Source of the DNA: Paragordius varius | Lineage: Eukaryota > Animalia > Nematomorpha | Length of the DNA: 64,000 bases | Assembly: GCA_964247055.1 (NCBI GenBank) | Contig: OZ176055.1 | Span: 8,680,001-8,744,000, forward strand | Reading direction: 5' to 3' | Shown: positions 31,601 to 44,100 of the stretch, one piece after another | Layout: every line of letters begins with the position of its first letter | How positions within the stretch are numbered: position 1 is the first letter of the stretch | The notes under the pieces: model-generated | What the model saw: only the letters and a program-made list of their open reading frames with translations | The model's database searches: none | What the model was told of the DNA's origin: nothing | Made by a program: the position numbers and the translations under genes

Positions 31601-34600
31601 ATATGTTTGTGGAAAAAAATGTATAAAAATTATTAATATATTAACTAAATAACCAAATATTAAAATTCTATTTAATTATACTTGGAAATTACTTTTTTAA
31701 TTTGGGCAAAAAACAGCAAACAAAAGAGTTATAAACCGAAATTTTTACATGGACAAAGTAATTAAATATAAAGGGTATACATTATAATAGGTGGTAAATT
31801 TAAAAAAAACACTTTAAGCTTATAAGAAATTTTAACATATTTCCATTTTCTATCATCCGAATCAAAGTAACGCATATATATATATATATATATATATATT
31901 TAAAATTCAATTATTTTCATTTTTAATTGATCAAAGAATTTAATGCAAAAAAAAAATTAATATTTATATGAAATGTTATGAAAATTAATTTATTTTAACA
32001 TTTTATTTGCAAAAAAGCTTAAATTATCAATATAAAAATCCAAAAATACTTCAGCAGATAGTATTCTCCGATCAGGAACAAAAAATTTAATGATGCCTGG
32101 TCTCGAACCGGTTAGTGCTTGAACCCGAATCATGATTACAATGAATAGTATGAAGGGATAAAGGCAGGCCACATAAGCTACCTAAAATTGTAAATTTTTA
32201 TAAATATTTAATTTTATTAACTAATTTTATATATAAAATGAATTATAAAAATAAGAGGAGTTGGAAATATTTAATATTTAACCGTAATAATATACGGTAA
32301 AAATTGAAACTATACGGATAAAATGTAAAAATATAAGACAAACATTTTTTTTCATACGACAATCATACTTTTTTAAACCTTAAATTATCCTATGGTACAT
32401 TTAATAACAATCGTAAAATACATGATTGATTGTGCTGCCAATTTACATTTCTATATTATACTTTGTAGTTTAAACAATGAAGTTATAATTAAAAAAAATC
32501 AAGATTAAAAAATTATGGTTGTCTTTTAGATAAAAATATTTGTCTATATATTTTCACGTTTTGTCCGTATAATTTCAATTTTCACTGTAAGTTAAATTGA
32601 ATTTGGTTGTTTATATATTTAGCGTTGTAATTTTAGGTATTTTTTATAATTGCTATTACTGTTAAGGTTGAGCCTTATAATTCTTTATTTTTTTCTGTAA
32701 AATTAGATCGAAGTACTTATTTTCACGTACAAAAGTGTTTTATACCAACAGATAGAATCATAAACCTGATTTTTTATTCATTAATTTGGACAATGTAAAA
32801 AAACAATGCAATTTAACAAAAATAATGTTGCCCTTTTTTTATGAATTTAAATACGTCAAATTGCGTGAAAACATGGTTTTTTTTATTCAATATTAACAAA
32901 AACTCAATTTTTCGCATTAATTTTAAAATTAATTATCAAGATCAATACAAATATCAATTTAAGGGTAGGAATTAAAATTTTTATAGCAGTTATTTTATTC
33001 TAATTTTTCAACATTGTCACTAATATTGATCAAATTTTATAACTTAAAACTTTGGAAAAACAAAATTATTCCCATGTTCACAAATAAAAGTTTTGATTTT
33101 AAGTTATCTATTAATAATATATTAATACTTTTCCCGAAAATTTGTGGCCTTTAATAAGCATCAGGAATACAATAATCCATATAAAGAGTGAACCAAGCGC
33201 TAATTGCCAACTAAGTTTATATTCGGAACCCTGGACGTTTCCCATAAAAACTCTAAAATAATTATAAATGAAAAAAGTCAAATGATAAATATAACTAAAT
33301 ATTTATATTTAACAAAAATTAAATTAAATTATAAAATAAATAGGGCATATAATTGTTTAGAGGTTATGTTTAAATACAAAAAATGATTGTATAAAAAAAT
33401 ATGGGATGAAATTTATACATAAGATTGCATGAATATTAGTTTGATCTCGTTCGTAAAAGCTAAATTGCCCAAACTGAGTTGTCGATTATTTATTTAAAAA
33501 TTTGTGAGAAAAAAACCAAGCCACATCTTAAATATTATATATTTTTTGGCTTTTATTTATTTTTTGAATATTTTAAATAAAAAAACAATTTCAAATACTA
33601 GTAACGTCCCTTAATTAGATATATTTTATTCAAAAAAATAATTCAATTGATCATTATATCCAATTCTTTATAAACAACGTTTGCCTTAGTAATAAATTGT
33701 TGCAGTTAAATTTTATTTGTATGCATACATCTAAAAAATCAATTTAATCATAATTTTTCATATATATTATGTTTTTTTAAAAATATAGACCATTTACAAT
33801 TTTTCCTTCAATTCAAATTCCCCCTCAAACAATTCACATACCATTAAGCAATTCACATTCACCTTTAAACAATTATTCACCCTAAATATAAATTATGTGT
33901 TTTTGAGCTATTATAACTTATTATTAATAAGAAATATATTGTTATGGCATAGTTTATTACTTTTTCAGTATCATATTAATTTTAAACGAAATTTTATTTT
34001 TTGAAAATATGAAATATAGGCAGTTAATTAAAAACACATAATATATTTTTAGGGTGAATTTGAATTGTTCAAGGGTGAATTTGATTTGAATTGGTTAAGA
34101 GAGAATTCGAATTGTAATTGATAAATATATGACAATAATTTCATAATTTATTAATTTAAATTATATGCTAAATTTATAATCTAAATATGTTATAATAACA
34201 ATAAACATATAAATTATCCAAATTTAAGGGGGTTAAATGCACCACCCTTATAAAATTGTGTTAATAACTATTTCATTTATGCAGTAAAAATTAAAATTAT
34301 TAAGACAAAACATATGCAAAAAACACTAAATTTTTGATGAAACCATATTTCTTGAAACCATTTTTATTGAACTTATATCGTTTTGGATTGTTGCGATATA
34401 GAAAATAAGGGTAGAAAATGGTACTAACAAACTCAATTTTATATTTTACAATAATATACTATTTACAGTTTAAATTCACTCTTGAAGAATTCAAATTCAC
34501 CCTAAAATAAATTATGTCTTTTTCAAAGTTAAAATTACCTATATTTTTTAATGTTTTTAAAAAATCCAATTTTGTTTAAAATTAATATAATATTGAAAAA

Positions 34601-37600
34601 AATAATAAACTATGCCATAATAATAATTTTCATATTAATGATGAATTAAGCCCGAAAACACATAATTTATTTTAAGGGTAAAATTGAATTGTTCGAGGGT
34701 GAATTTGAATTGTTCAAGGGTGAATTTGAATTGTAATGGTATATCTTATTTGTATACAAATAATAATCAAGGTTTAATTATATATATATATATTGTTCGC
34801 GACAAAAAAATAATTAATTTTTACTACCGTATATGTTTTATCTATTTAATTTTATGGTAAAAAGCTTAAAAATTTGAAGAAAAAAAACTTCATATATTCT
34901 TCGGTTGAAAGGATAGGGTCCTGGCTATAACCTCCATAAACTGTACCATTATACGATACATTCCAAAGACTTATCCCATGCTGTTTTACCCGTGTACGAT
35001 TAAATAGGGTCATGTTTAACACTAAATTCCTTATATGACTTTTTTTAAGTCCTGTCCGCGTGAAAAAATGCCTCCGGTTAAGTTTAGATGAAGGAGCTAT
35101 CATTGTACCATTCCTAGATATCTATCATATTAAATGCTTTTTATGTGTTTTCTATTTATTTTATGGAAAAAAAATGTAATATAGCATAGCGTTTAGGATA
35201 AATATATAGAAATTATATTATTGATTCATACTTATATAAATCAATTAAATATCAGGGGGATCACCGATTTGATTATATTAAGTTTTGAAATTATTAGGTA
35301 AAAGCTTAAAATGAAAGTACATACATCTGAACTAATCTTAATAATAAATAAAATGCATATACAGAACCCCTGTTATAATGCACTTTTTTGATTTTTAAAT
35401 AAGGTTTCTAATTTTTATATAATTGTTCGAAATTGAAAACACCCCCCCCTACCCCACAAACCATCATAATGAGCCAAAAATAAGAGAAGAAAAAATGAAT
35501 TTAATCATCGTTTTATTAATTTTCTTTCCCAATATCTAAAGATTATTAATAATTTAATTTTTGAAATATTAATTTTAACTCTTTTGTAAACAAGGGTAAT
35601 GATGGGGATAATGACCCATGTGTTTTTTCCTTACAATCAAGTTCATTATCGGTAATCCACAGTATAACATAAATTGAAATATTTTAAAATTATTTTATTG
35701 CTAATATACAGTATGCATTTTAAGGGTTGCTTATTTCACAGTATAGTTGGGCAATTTGCAACACACAGTAGTATATGAAAACAAGAAAGGTAAAAATTGT
35801 TTATTAAAGATTTTGTTGTTTTTTCAATACTACACTACTGTGTTGCAAATTGTCCATATAGTGTGAAAAAAGTAACCTGTATTCTGTATATATTTCCATA
35901 AATATTTTCCAAATGTTTCTGTTTAAATAAGAAATTACATATAATACATATACAATATGAAATTCAAATAAACATTATTACATACATAGTAAACTATTTT
36001 CAAAAAGAATCAAGACAAAGTTGCATTTAAGTAACAATACAAAATCAATATTAAAATTTTGGTTTTTGGTTTTTGATTTTTTTTTAATATTAAAAAACTG
36101 GAGAAAAAAACCATTTATCAAAATTTTTATACTTACATTCGATGAAAGTGAATGATTAAACAAGGCCGAATCCGGTAAAACTGGTAGGTAGGAGGGAATA
36201 CAATTAGCTAGGAAGCCTTCCTGCGTTACCAAATCAGGAGGGTGTCCATAATAATCGTAAACATATTTTTTATTGCTCGCATTTTTTTTCTGTTGTTTCC
36301 GTGCAAAATATTCCAATGTTCGATTGAGTGGTCGGATAGATGTATGATAAGCCGTAGAATAAAGGGCGGCATCATTGTTCAAAACCGATTGTTGGAAATC
36401 AACTAAGCTTATATTTGAATCGATAGCACGTACGAAACGGACAGAGGCGCAATCTAATACGTTAACGATTATTAAAAAAGTAATTGGTTGAACCGTAATT
36501 GCATTTACCATTAATTGGATGGGACATTTTTATCTTTATGATTTTTGTCAATGAATTAAACAGAACATATTTTAAGTATAATACTAAACAAAACAACAAA
36601 TTTTTCTGTACCTAATGCATAGACCAATTAATTAAATAATGGAAAATTTACAAGTTTATCCAAGATTTCAATGAGTAAATTGCTTATTTTGTAAGCCTAT
36701 TATATACCATTTACAGTTAAAATTCACCCTTAAACAATTCAAATTCACCCATGAACAATTCAAATTCACCCTTGAACTATTCAAATTCACCCTTGAACAA
36801 TTCAAATTTACCCTTGAACAATTCAAATTCATTTATGAACAATTAAAATTCACCCTAAAATAAATTGTGTTTTTAATTAAAAATTACCCATATTTTTTTA
36901 TATTTTTAAAAAATGAAATTTCGTTTAACATTATTATGATACTGAAAAAATAATAAACTATGCCATAAGATATAAGCCCGAAAATACATAGTTTATTTTT
37001 AGGGTGAAATTGAATTGCTCCAATTGTTCGAGGGTGAAATTGAATTGTAAATGGTATTATCAATCGATAAAGTTAAATAGTGTATAGAAAAAATAAAAAC
37101 TTTAAATAATCAACATTTTAGGGATGCAAAATGGAAAAAATTGACTTGTATTTGTGAGCGCATATCGAATACTGCTAAGATTGGTACTAAATTATGATAA
37201 TTAACGATAACAAATCAACATTGCTATTTAGGAGAATAAAGAAATAGTTTTTATTTATTCAATGTGTAATTCATACCTTTATAAATTATTTTTACACCTG
37301 GTATATTCTTTAAATTTAATCAAAAAATTAATGAAATAATCTTTCCTAGTGCATTAATGTTCAAAAATTTTTGTATTAAAATCGTGGATACGAATGTATA
37401 ATATAACGCAAATGTAAAAACGATCCAAACAATTTTTGTATGTGTTGTGGAAAAATGGATATTTTAAACACAATTACTAAATATAGCCATCACATGACTG
37501 AACAAATTTTTTCGAAATATTTTGATCCTATAATTATAATAAACTTACCTAAAAACCCACTTAAATTTGCTTGCTTCTCTTTCTGAGTCAGAAGAATTTT

Positions 37601-40600
37601 AGTAAAAGAACTATCTATAATGTATCCCGTTACAGTTTCGGCCTCTGCTTTAGCCTGGGTGAGTTTAAATTTATAGATCAAAAATGCGTAAATGATTCAA
37701 GTCTTGTTTTGTCTAAATTTTTATAAAAACTAAAAATAAAATTTGTAATAACACATGTAAGCAGGAAACGTGGACTTTGTTAATATTGATGAGGGATTCC
37801 TTTCAAAATTATTCGATCGAGTGAAAAGTACGGAATCTCAGTCTTTCTTTATGTAATGTAATGTAAGGCACATTCTTTGCTGTTCCACAGACAAAACATG
37901 CAGTGGTAATTACGGAAATTACCTCCTTCCAAGCCCACAAGCATTAATAATGCATCAAAATGTGATTTTTTAGCTACTTTGAAATCAATAGTTTTTTAGA
38001 GATACGTATGTGCTTATTTATGACAATAATACTTATGCGTTAAAGCAAGAAATTAATTAAAATTATAAACCTCACGACTGGATATTATTTATGGATTCGA
38101 ACACGGTTAAAAAATATTCATAATTTTAGGTAGACTTAATAATGATATTTTTGAATAAAAAGGGTAACAAAAATCCTTTAATAATTGTGTATTCCAGGGA
38201 GCAGCCAAAGAATACTATGTAAACTCTTCAAAAGACTCCTAAGGTGTGTAAATTACACAAGGGATGATCTATAGAACGTTATTGGTGACTTTAAAGTAGC
38301 AATTATATGCGCTATTAATGCTTGCGGGCTTGAAAAAATAAGGGTTCCTTTTATATCAATACATGTTTTATCTAAGGAACAGCACAGAGCGTTTTTCGAA
38401 TTGCATAAAGGAAGACTGTGCTTCCAGAGTCTTCACAATTAGATCAAATAATTGTGTAAGGGAATGCCTCATCGATATTAACTAATTTTAAGTTCCCTGC
38501 TTACATGTGTTATTAGAAATTTTTTCAGTTTTTATAAAAAAAAACCTGGAAAAACAATATCTGAAACATTTACACATTTTCGATCTATAAATTTAAACTC
38601 ACCCAGGCTAAAGCAGAAACTAGAGTGGTAACGGGACCGGACCCATGTTCAAAATATATACAGATAGTTCTTTTATAGAACTTCTTCTGAACTCAGAAAG
38701 AGAAGCAAGCATATAATGCTGCCCAAAAATTTGATTCCGAGTTTTTAGGTATGGAATTTATATTATGAATAATTATAGAATCATAAAATCGCTCCGATAG
38801 GAATAGCAGAATTCTAGATTAAAATCTCAAAAAACCGTTTTAAAATCTCTAAGGTGATTACGAAATATCAAAATTAAATTCAATTATAATTTCAAGTAAA
38901 ACCAAAAAAAACTACCTTCAGTATTCCACCAATTATAACAATCTTCCCATGGTAATTTTTCTTGCAATGAAGCAAATGTATACAGTATACTGTATGAGCT
39001 TATCATATTAAAGTACATGGAAGCCAGAGTTGATATAATTAACATGGCATAACCGACACCTATTTTAATAAGGATAACAATTTATAAAAACTTTAATAAA
39101 ACGATTTAATTTTGTTATACCATTTGCACTTCAAGAGTGTCCTTAAACATTTCAAGTTGGTTTTTGAACATTTCAAGTTGGTCCATAAACATTTGAGGTT
39201 GGTCATTATTTCAAGTCTTAATCAAGTTGGTCCTTGAACACTTCAAGTTTGACTAACTTTTTGAATTTTATTAATTAAATCGTATATCATTCATTAATCA
39301 TTTTTAACCTATTTTCTTGATTTAATAAACTTTAAATCAATTTCAATTTGAATTATTGTGAAACCTTAAATCTTTATTAATTTCTTAATACCTATTTTAA
39401 ATATTTATAAGATTGTAACACATAATTAAAAAATAAATAAGTAGTTTTCTGGGTTATAAATTACAATTTTTCACTAAAAACATTTATAAGGTAATAATTT
39501 TGTTAAATTGGAAAAAATTAGTGAGAAACAAACAAACTGATTATTAAATAAAAAAATATAATTAAAATATAAATTAATAATAAAAAAATTTAGGTTAAAA
39601 TATAATAAAATAAAAACATGCAAAATTATATGGTTAAATCCAAACTAAATTCTTTTAAAAGACTAATTTGAAATGTTAAAGGACCAACTTGAAGTGTTCA
39701 AGGATACTTTTGAAATACAAATATATAACCTAACATTCATCAAAAATATATTTTTAAGTCACAATATATGCCATGTTTGACTAAACTTTATTAATTTTTA
39801 AACAAGAAACAATGGTTTTGCTATCGAAGTGACCGTGAAACAAAATATGAAATATAGATTAGATAAGAAATATTAAAATGTTATAAAATTTTTATATTTT
39901 TAAATTATACTATATGAATTTATATTATGGCTATTACCATAAAAATTTATTTAATAATTTATAATTATAAGCGTTAAATGTTTTATGCTAAAAAACTTGA
40001 ATTCAAGGTTAAGGCCCGCGTACGTTATTTAAATATTTTATTTTAATGGTTTCCAAAATCTTTTCCAAAACCCTTATTTTTCACAAAAGATTGTATTTTT
40101 AAGACTAACATATCATAAAATAATCAAAAATTATATCATATTTTTAACTAATTTTTAGGTAAACTTTTGCATAGCGATATAATTAAGTATAAAATGCGTT
40201 ATAATTTATGAGTGTGAGGTTAATGATAAATATTTTAAAATGCCATTATTAAATTGTAATAATAATATTAATTAACCAAACCCAAAGGCATGTTATGTAA
40301 ATATGTATAATTACCAGATAATATTATCAAAAATATTAATTAATTTGTAATTATACATAATCATTTAACCGTAAATATATTTACATCACAAGATAATTAA
40401 AGAAAAGTGAATATTTAAAATATTTTATTTTTTCTAATTATATGATTGTAACCTTATATATAAAATGAAATAATATTAATCATATCATACAAATTAATCA
40501 TATGCTATAAATGTAACTAAAAATTAAAATAATGGGTGGATAAATCTTAATAGTGTTAAAATCTAAAAATAAAACCTTTCATTGATGGGCATATAACCCA

Positions 40601-40990
40601 AATGGCTAGGGGTCCTCGACTAGAAAATTGACCAAGCGAAACTTCAAGAAAGAAAATAGGGACAATCACGACAACATTCAAAATAATGTAAGCAATGACA
40701 AAAGATCCTAAAATTTATATTTTTTATATCAAAATAAAACCTCCACCGTGTCGATAAGCTATATATGGGAATCTCCATACATTGCCCAGCCCTAATGATA
40801 AATGAATACACGCTAGTAAAAATCCATAAGTGCTTTTCCAACGCTTACGAAAGATTGCATCATCCTCTAATTCAGTGCTAACGGTCGATATAGAACTCGA
40901 TCTTATTCTTTCAGGGGACGATTCACCAGTTACTAGAATCGGGATAGATTTAAAATCGGCGTTCTCATCTAAATTTAAATCTAATGCCAT
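20345..40990 (-). CDS. Atypical SLC6 (sodium:neurotransmitter symporter family) transporter, 20 exons, ~1300 aa, with enlarged EL2 and very long C-terminal tail
   Basis: Exons (minus): 40741-40990, 40576-40707, 38916-39059, 36137-36453, 34889-35121, 33129-33252, 32050-32181, 31349-31577, 29692-29933, 28623-28855, 27714-27854, 27402-27434, 27080-27273, 26005-26324, 25145-25310, 24202-24342, 23186-23367, 22267-22588, 21563-21671, 20345-20603 (3903 nt, phases consistent). Motifs: GLGNVWRFPY..GGG, LEVSLGQF, LPWEDC..WWNT, VWHDAAVQCFFS, PISPLWG, AWIYG, C-terminal PTSQWGP. The 33-nt exon 12 and the exon 5 acceptor are the least certain junctions. Confidence 0.88.
21201..21457. mobile_element. MITE family A copy
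   Basis: tataccatttacagttcaaattcacccttgaac.. / ..gggtgaatttgaattgtaaattgtata. Confidence 0.8.
24784..25136. mobile_element. MITE family A copy
   Basis: Both termini intact; ends only a few bp from the exon-15 donor of the SLC6 gene. Confidence 0.85.
25618..25682. repeat. (TA)n/(TG)n microsatellite
   Basis: Direct reading. Similar (TA)n runs near 8240-8296, 30625-30650, 31875-31898, 56357-56380. Confidence 0.9.
26552..26840. mobile_element. MITE family A copy
   Basis: ataccatttacaattcaaattcac.. / ..gaactgtaaatggtata. Confidence 0.8.
28185..28539. mobile_element. MITE family A copy
   Basis: 21-bp repeats on both arms; right terminus gtaaatggtata. Confidence 0.8.
29103..29382. mobile_element. 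MITE family C copy
   Basis: tacagtaaaaaataattataaggacaaaacgtaaa.. / ..ttacgttttgtccgtatcatttt. Confidence 0.7.
30695..31285 (+). mobile_element. Two 5'-truncated non-LTR retrotransposon (RTE-like LINE) 3' fragments
   Basis: ~30695-30880 reads IRRLGYYGHIQ (RRLxWxGH-like). ~31065-31270 reads KSGRPYTTWLNTITKDLE..SREDWKKRV and is followed by a (TGA)n tail at ~31272-31283. Both are typical LINE ORF2 C-terminal features. Confidence 0.65.
32293..32589. mobile_element. MITE family C copy
   Basis: tacggtaaaaattgaaactatacgg.. / ..gttttgtccgtataatttcaattttcactgta. Confidence 0.7.
33786..34743. mobile_element. Two adjacent MITE family A copies (33786-34122, 34455-34743)
   Basis: Shared termini and 21-bp subrepeats. 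Confidence 0.75.
35707..35880. mobile_element. MITE family D copy
   Basis: tacagtatgcattttaagggttgcttatttcac matches the copy at 19015. Confidence 0.75.
36703..37057. mobile_element. MITE family A copy with about six 21-bp repeats on the left arm
   Basis: tataccatttacag.. then tandem ttgaacaattcaaattcaccc units; right end gtaaatggtat. Confidence 0.85.
37520..38785. mobile_element. Element with ~180-200-bp long inverted repeats enclosing a degenerate endonuclease-like remnant
   Basis: 37520-37695 is the reverse complement of 38567-38785 (core ctgctttagcctgggtgagtttaaatttatagatc). The interior, with stops and frameshifts, shows QETW, IIVYS, VIGDFK, SQLDQIIV in the order expected for an APE-type LINE endonuclease. 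Confidence 0.55.
39116..39726. mobile_element. MITE family B copy
   Basis: tataccatttgcacttcaagagtgtcc.. / ..ggaccaacttgaagtgttcaagg. Confidence 0.8.
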
Positions 40991-41128
40991 TATGTAAACA
41001 ATGTGTTTTACAACATGTTTGTGTTGTGTTATCTTTTGTAGGCTAAAATGTAAAGCATATAGCGATAAAAATTAGCATTGATAAAAATGTGGCTTTTTTA
41101 AAATTTAATATAAACTTTATATTTTTTA
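40991..41128. promoter_or_regulatory. Putative bidirectional promoter region, SLC6 / sulfotransferase
   Basis: 138 bp between divergent ATGs (40990 minus, 41129 plus). Confidence 0.55.
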
Positions 41129-44100
41129 ATGATGGAAAAATTTGAAAATATATTATCATCACCCAGTGTCTCAAATATAATATTGGAGTCACGCTATAAA
41201 TATTATTTAAAGGGTATAAATGATTATCATTTCCAACGAGGAATTCTTTTTACCCAATTAATCAATAATACTGTTCTGGAGGACTTAGAAGCTATCAATA
41301 TATCAGAAAAAGATGTTATAATATTAACCTATCCAAAATCGGGTAATTATCTATTTTTTATAATTTTCTAAAAAATATCACGCAATGATAGAACAACTTG
41401 GAAACTAAAAAACTTTTGAAAGGGTTTTATATATTGGTAGTGACACTAGATCGTATTTTAATTAATATTATTAAAAAACTGCTGAAAGAGATGTTATATA
41501 AATTCATTCTTCTATCCTAACGAAAATTATATGAATAACACTGCGTCTGGTGTCGAAGGATATTAAAATAACGTGACGAAATATACGTTTTATGATAAGA
41601 AAATGAATCATCTCATGATTCATTCGGTTTGGCCCTTACAAGTGATATGATAAAGCTATTTACACCTTTGTGGTAAGAGCTTCATATCAGAAAAAGGCAA
41701 AAGTTGAAAAGTCAAATCCCAAAAAATCTCTATTAAAAACTCCCTAAAAATAGCAATATTTTTAAAAAAAATTAATTTTAGATGTAAGCTCTGAAACTAG
41801 CAAATTGCATTTCTAAAAAAGGCTAATTTTCCTAATATACGGGCAAAAGTGCCGGGATTGAGCAATAATTGAATATTATATATATATATATATATAGTAA
41901 AATTTGACCTAAAAATATTTTTTAAAAAAATGGACACTTTGTACAAAACTTATATTTTTAGCAAATTTCGTTAAAGCGTATCTCATGCTATGTTGACACA
42001 TGATGGGAATGGTAAAAAAATGCTTTAAGATATTATAAAAACGCATAATAATTTGAATACTTTTTTATTTTTTTAGAATTTCAATTTAACACTTGGCAAC
42101 ACATTTCAGTTTGATTTTAATGAGTTGGATACGCCAGGCTTGTTTAAAATTAAAACAATATGGAATAAATTAAAACATGTCAAAAGTTTGCATTATATAA
42201 CATTATCAACCGAAATATAAAAAAAATAATAAAAAACACCTGCATTTATTAAGAGGTAACACCCAAAGGTAAAAATTTAGCAAACATGTCATGTCTGTAT
42301 AAGCTAAATATAAAAATGATTCAAAATATACCACTCTTTCTGTTAATATATATAAGGTGATTTTAATAAAAAAGTACACCTAATTTTGGCATAGAATCAA
42401 ATAAACACGATATTTTGCAAAAATGTTGTAAAATAAATATGGCGTCGAAGTAGTTTGATACGGAACTTTTTTCCAAAACTAAATTTTATTAATATATTTT
42501 GGCTTATTAAATTTTTATTATCAGGATAGTAGCATAAATTTTGGATGGAACCGTTTCCAATAGTTTTTTAAAAATATCAACCTAAATATTCTGGGCTATT
42601 TAGATAACCCAATTTGAATCGTAGTGTTAAATTGTTCACATTTAAATTTTCTGAAATTTTTGTAAAAAAACTCAATTTATATATAAAATAAATATGAAAA
42701 TAACCAAATATTTTAATCAAAATTCTGAGATGATAGAAATGTTCAGCATCATCGTATATAAAAAATGTTTTTATAATATCTTAAAGTGTTTTCTATGTCG
42801 TTTTCATCATCCCTCAACATAGTTTGACGTACACTTGAACAAAATTTTGCTAAAAAAATTAAATTTTTGAAAAAACTAATCATAATTTTAAATTTTTAGT
42901 TGATATTATAATTTAACATTATTTAAAATTTTTATCCCGCAATCCCGGCATTTTTGCGTTTATTTTAACACTTGGATACAACACAATCATTTCAGTCCTT
43001 CGATTTAAATTGGGGTGGACTGTTTAAAATTAAATAATTTAAAAAATATTGATTGAATTGAAACAATGGCAAAAATTTACACATATATAACAGTAATAAA
43101 CCGAAATATATAAATTTTATTCAAAAATATCTAATATTACTTATTTTTAGAAAACCTTAAGGTATTAATTTAGTCAACATGACATATGTGCATTAGCTAA
43201 AAAAATAATATAAAAATTAACCACTTTTTCTGTTTTTATCAATGTTAGATGGTGATTTAACTAAAAAATTAAAAATCAAATAACCATGATATTTTGCGAA
43301 ATTGTTGCATAAAAATGGCGCCGAAGTAGTTTGATATGAAATTTTTTTTCACAGCCAAATTGTATTTAGATATTTCAGCTTATTTAGATATTATTAGGAT
43401 AGAAGCATAAATATTAATTTAGACCGTTTCTTTCAAAATTTTTTAAAAATTTCAATTTAAATATAGTCTGGCGTGGTACCCCAATTTGAATCGCAGTGTT
43501 AAAAGCCAATTTTTTAAAAAAATTGGACTTTAAGAGGGCACATCTAAAAATTAAAAAGTTTTAATACAAATTTTTATATGTAGTTTATAATATAATTTAG
43601 TGATTTTGAAATGAAGCCTTTAGCTCTCTCTAAAAAAATTATTTTAAAAAACGTTCGCTCTTCTGATATCAAGCGAGCACTTAGCACAAAAGTGTAAATA
43701 ACTTTCAAATCACTCGTAAGAGCCAAAACCAAAAGCACCTTGATACTCCTAAAACATTTTGCTTCATATATATATTTCATCATGATAGTTTTTATGCTCC
43801 CCGATGGAGCCATATTTACGTCTGTGGTTTTCTTTAAGTGTTAAAGGTAAGATATTTAAAAAAGAACTGTTAAAAAAAATTTATTGATCAATTTTTTTAA
43901 AAATAAATATAAATCAAATTTATAAAATTATTTGATGGGCAATTGGAAATTATGTTATTATACAATCAATATTAAATAATAATTTAAGCAATAAAATTTG
44001 TTTTAATAAAACTATATGGGAACCTATTGGATTTAAAAACCGGAAACGAACTACTTCCGAATTTAGATTGTAACCGGGGTTTAAACCAAATGAAACCGAT

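Noticed and set aside
35878-35920. Possible extra SLC6 exon KHLENIYGNIYRIQ (phase 0-0)
   Set aside because: Not needed for frame continuity; its donor overlaps a MITE end and no homology supports it.
36703-36860. Regular 21-bp repeats resembling a CRISPR array
   Set aside because: No unique spacers; units are contiguous, mirrored on the other arm of a MITE, and the context is eukaryotic with no cas genes.
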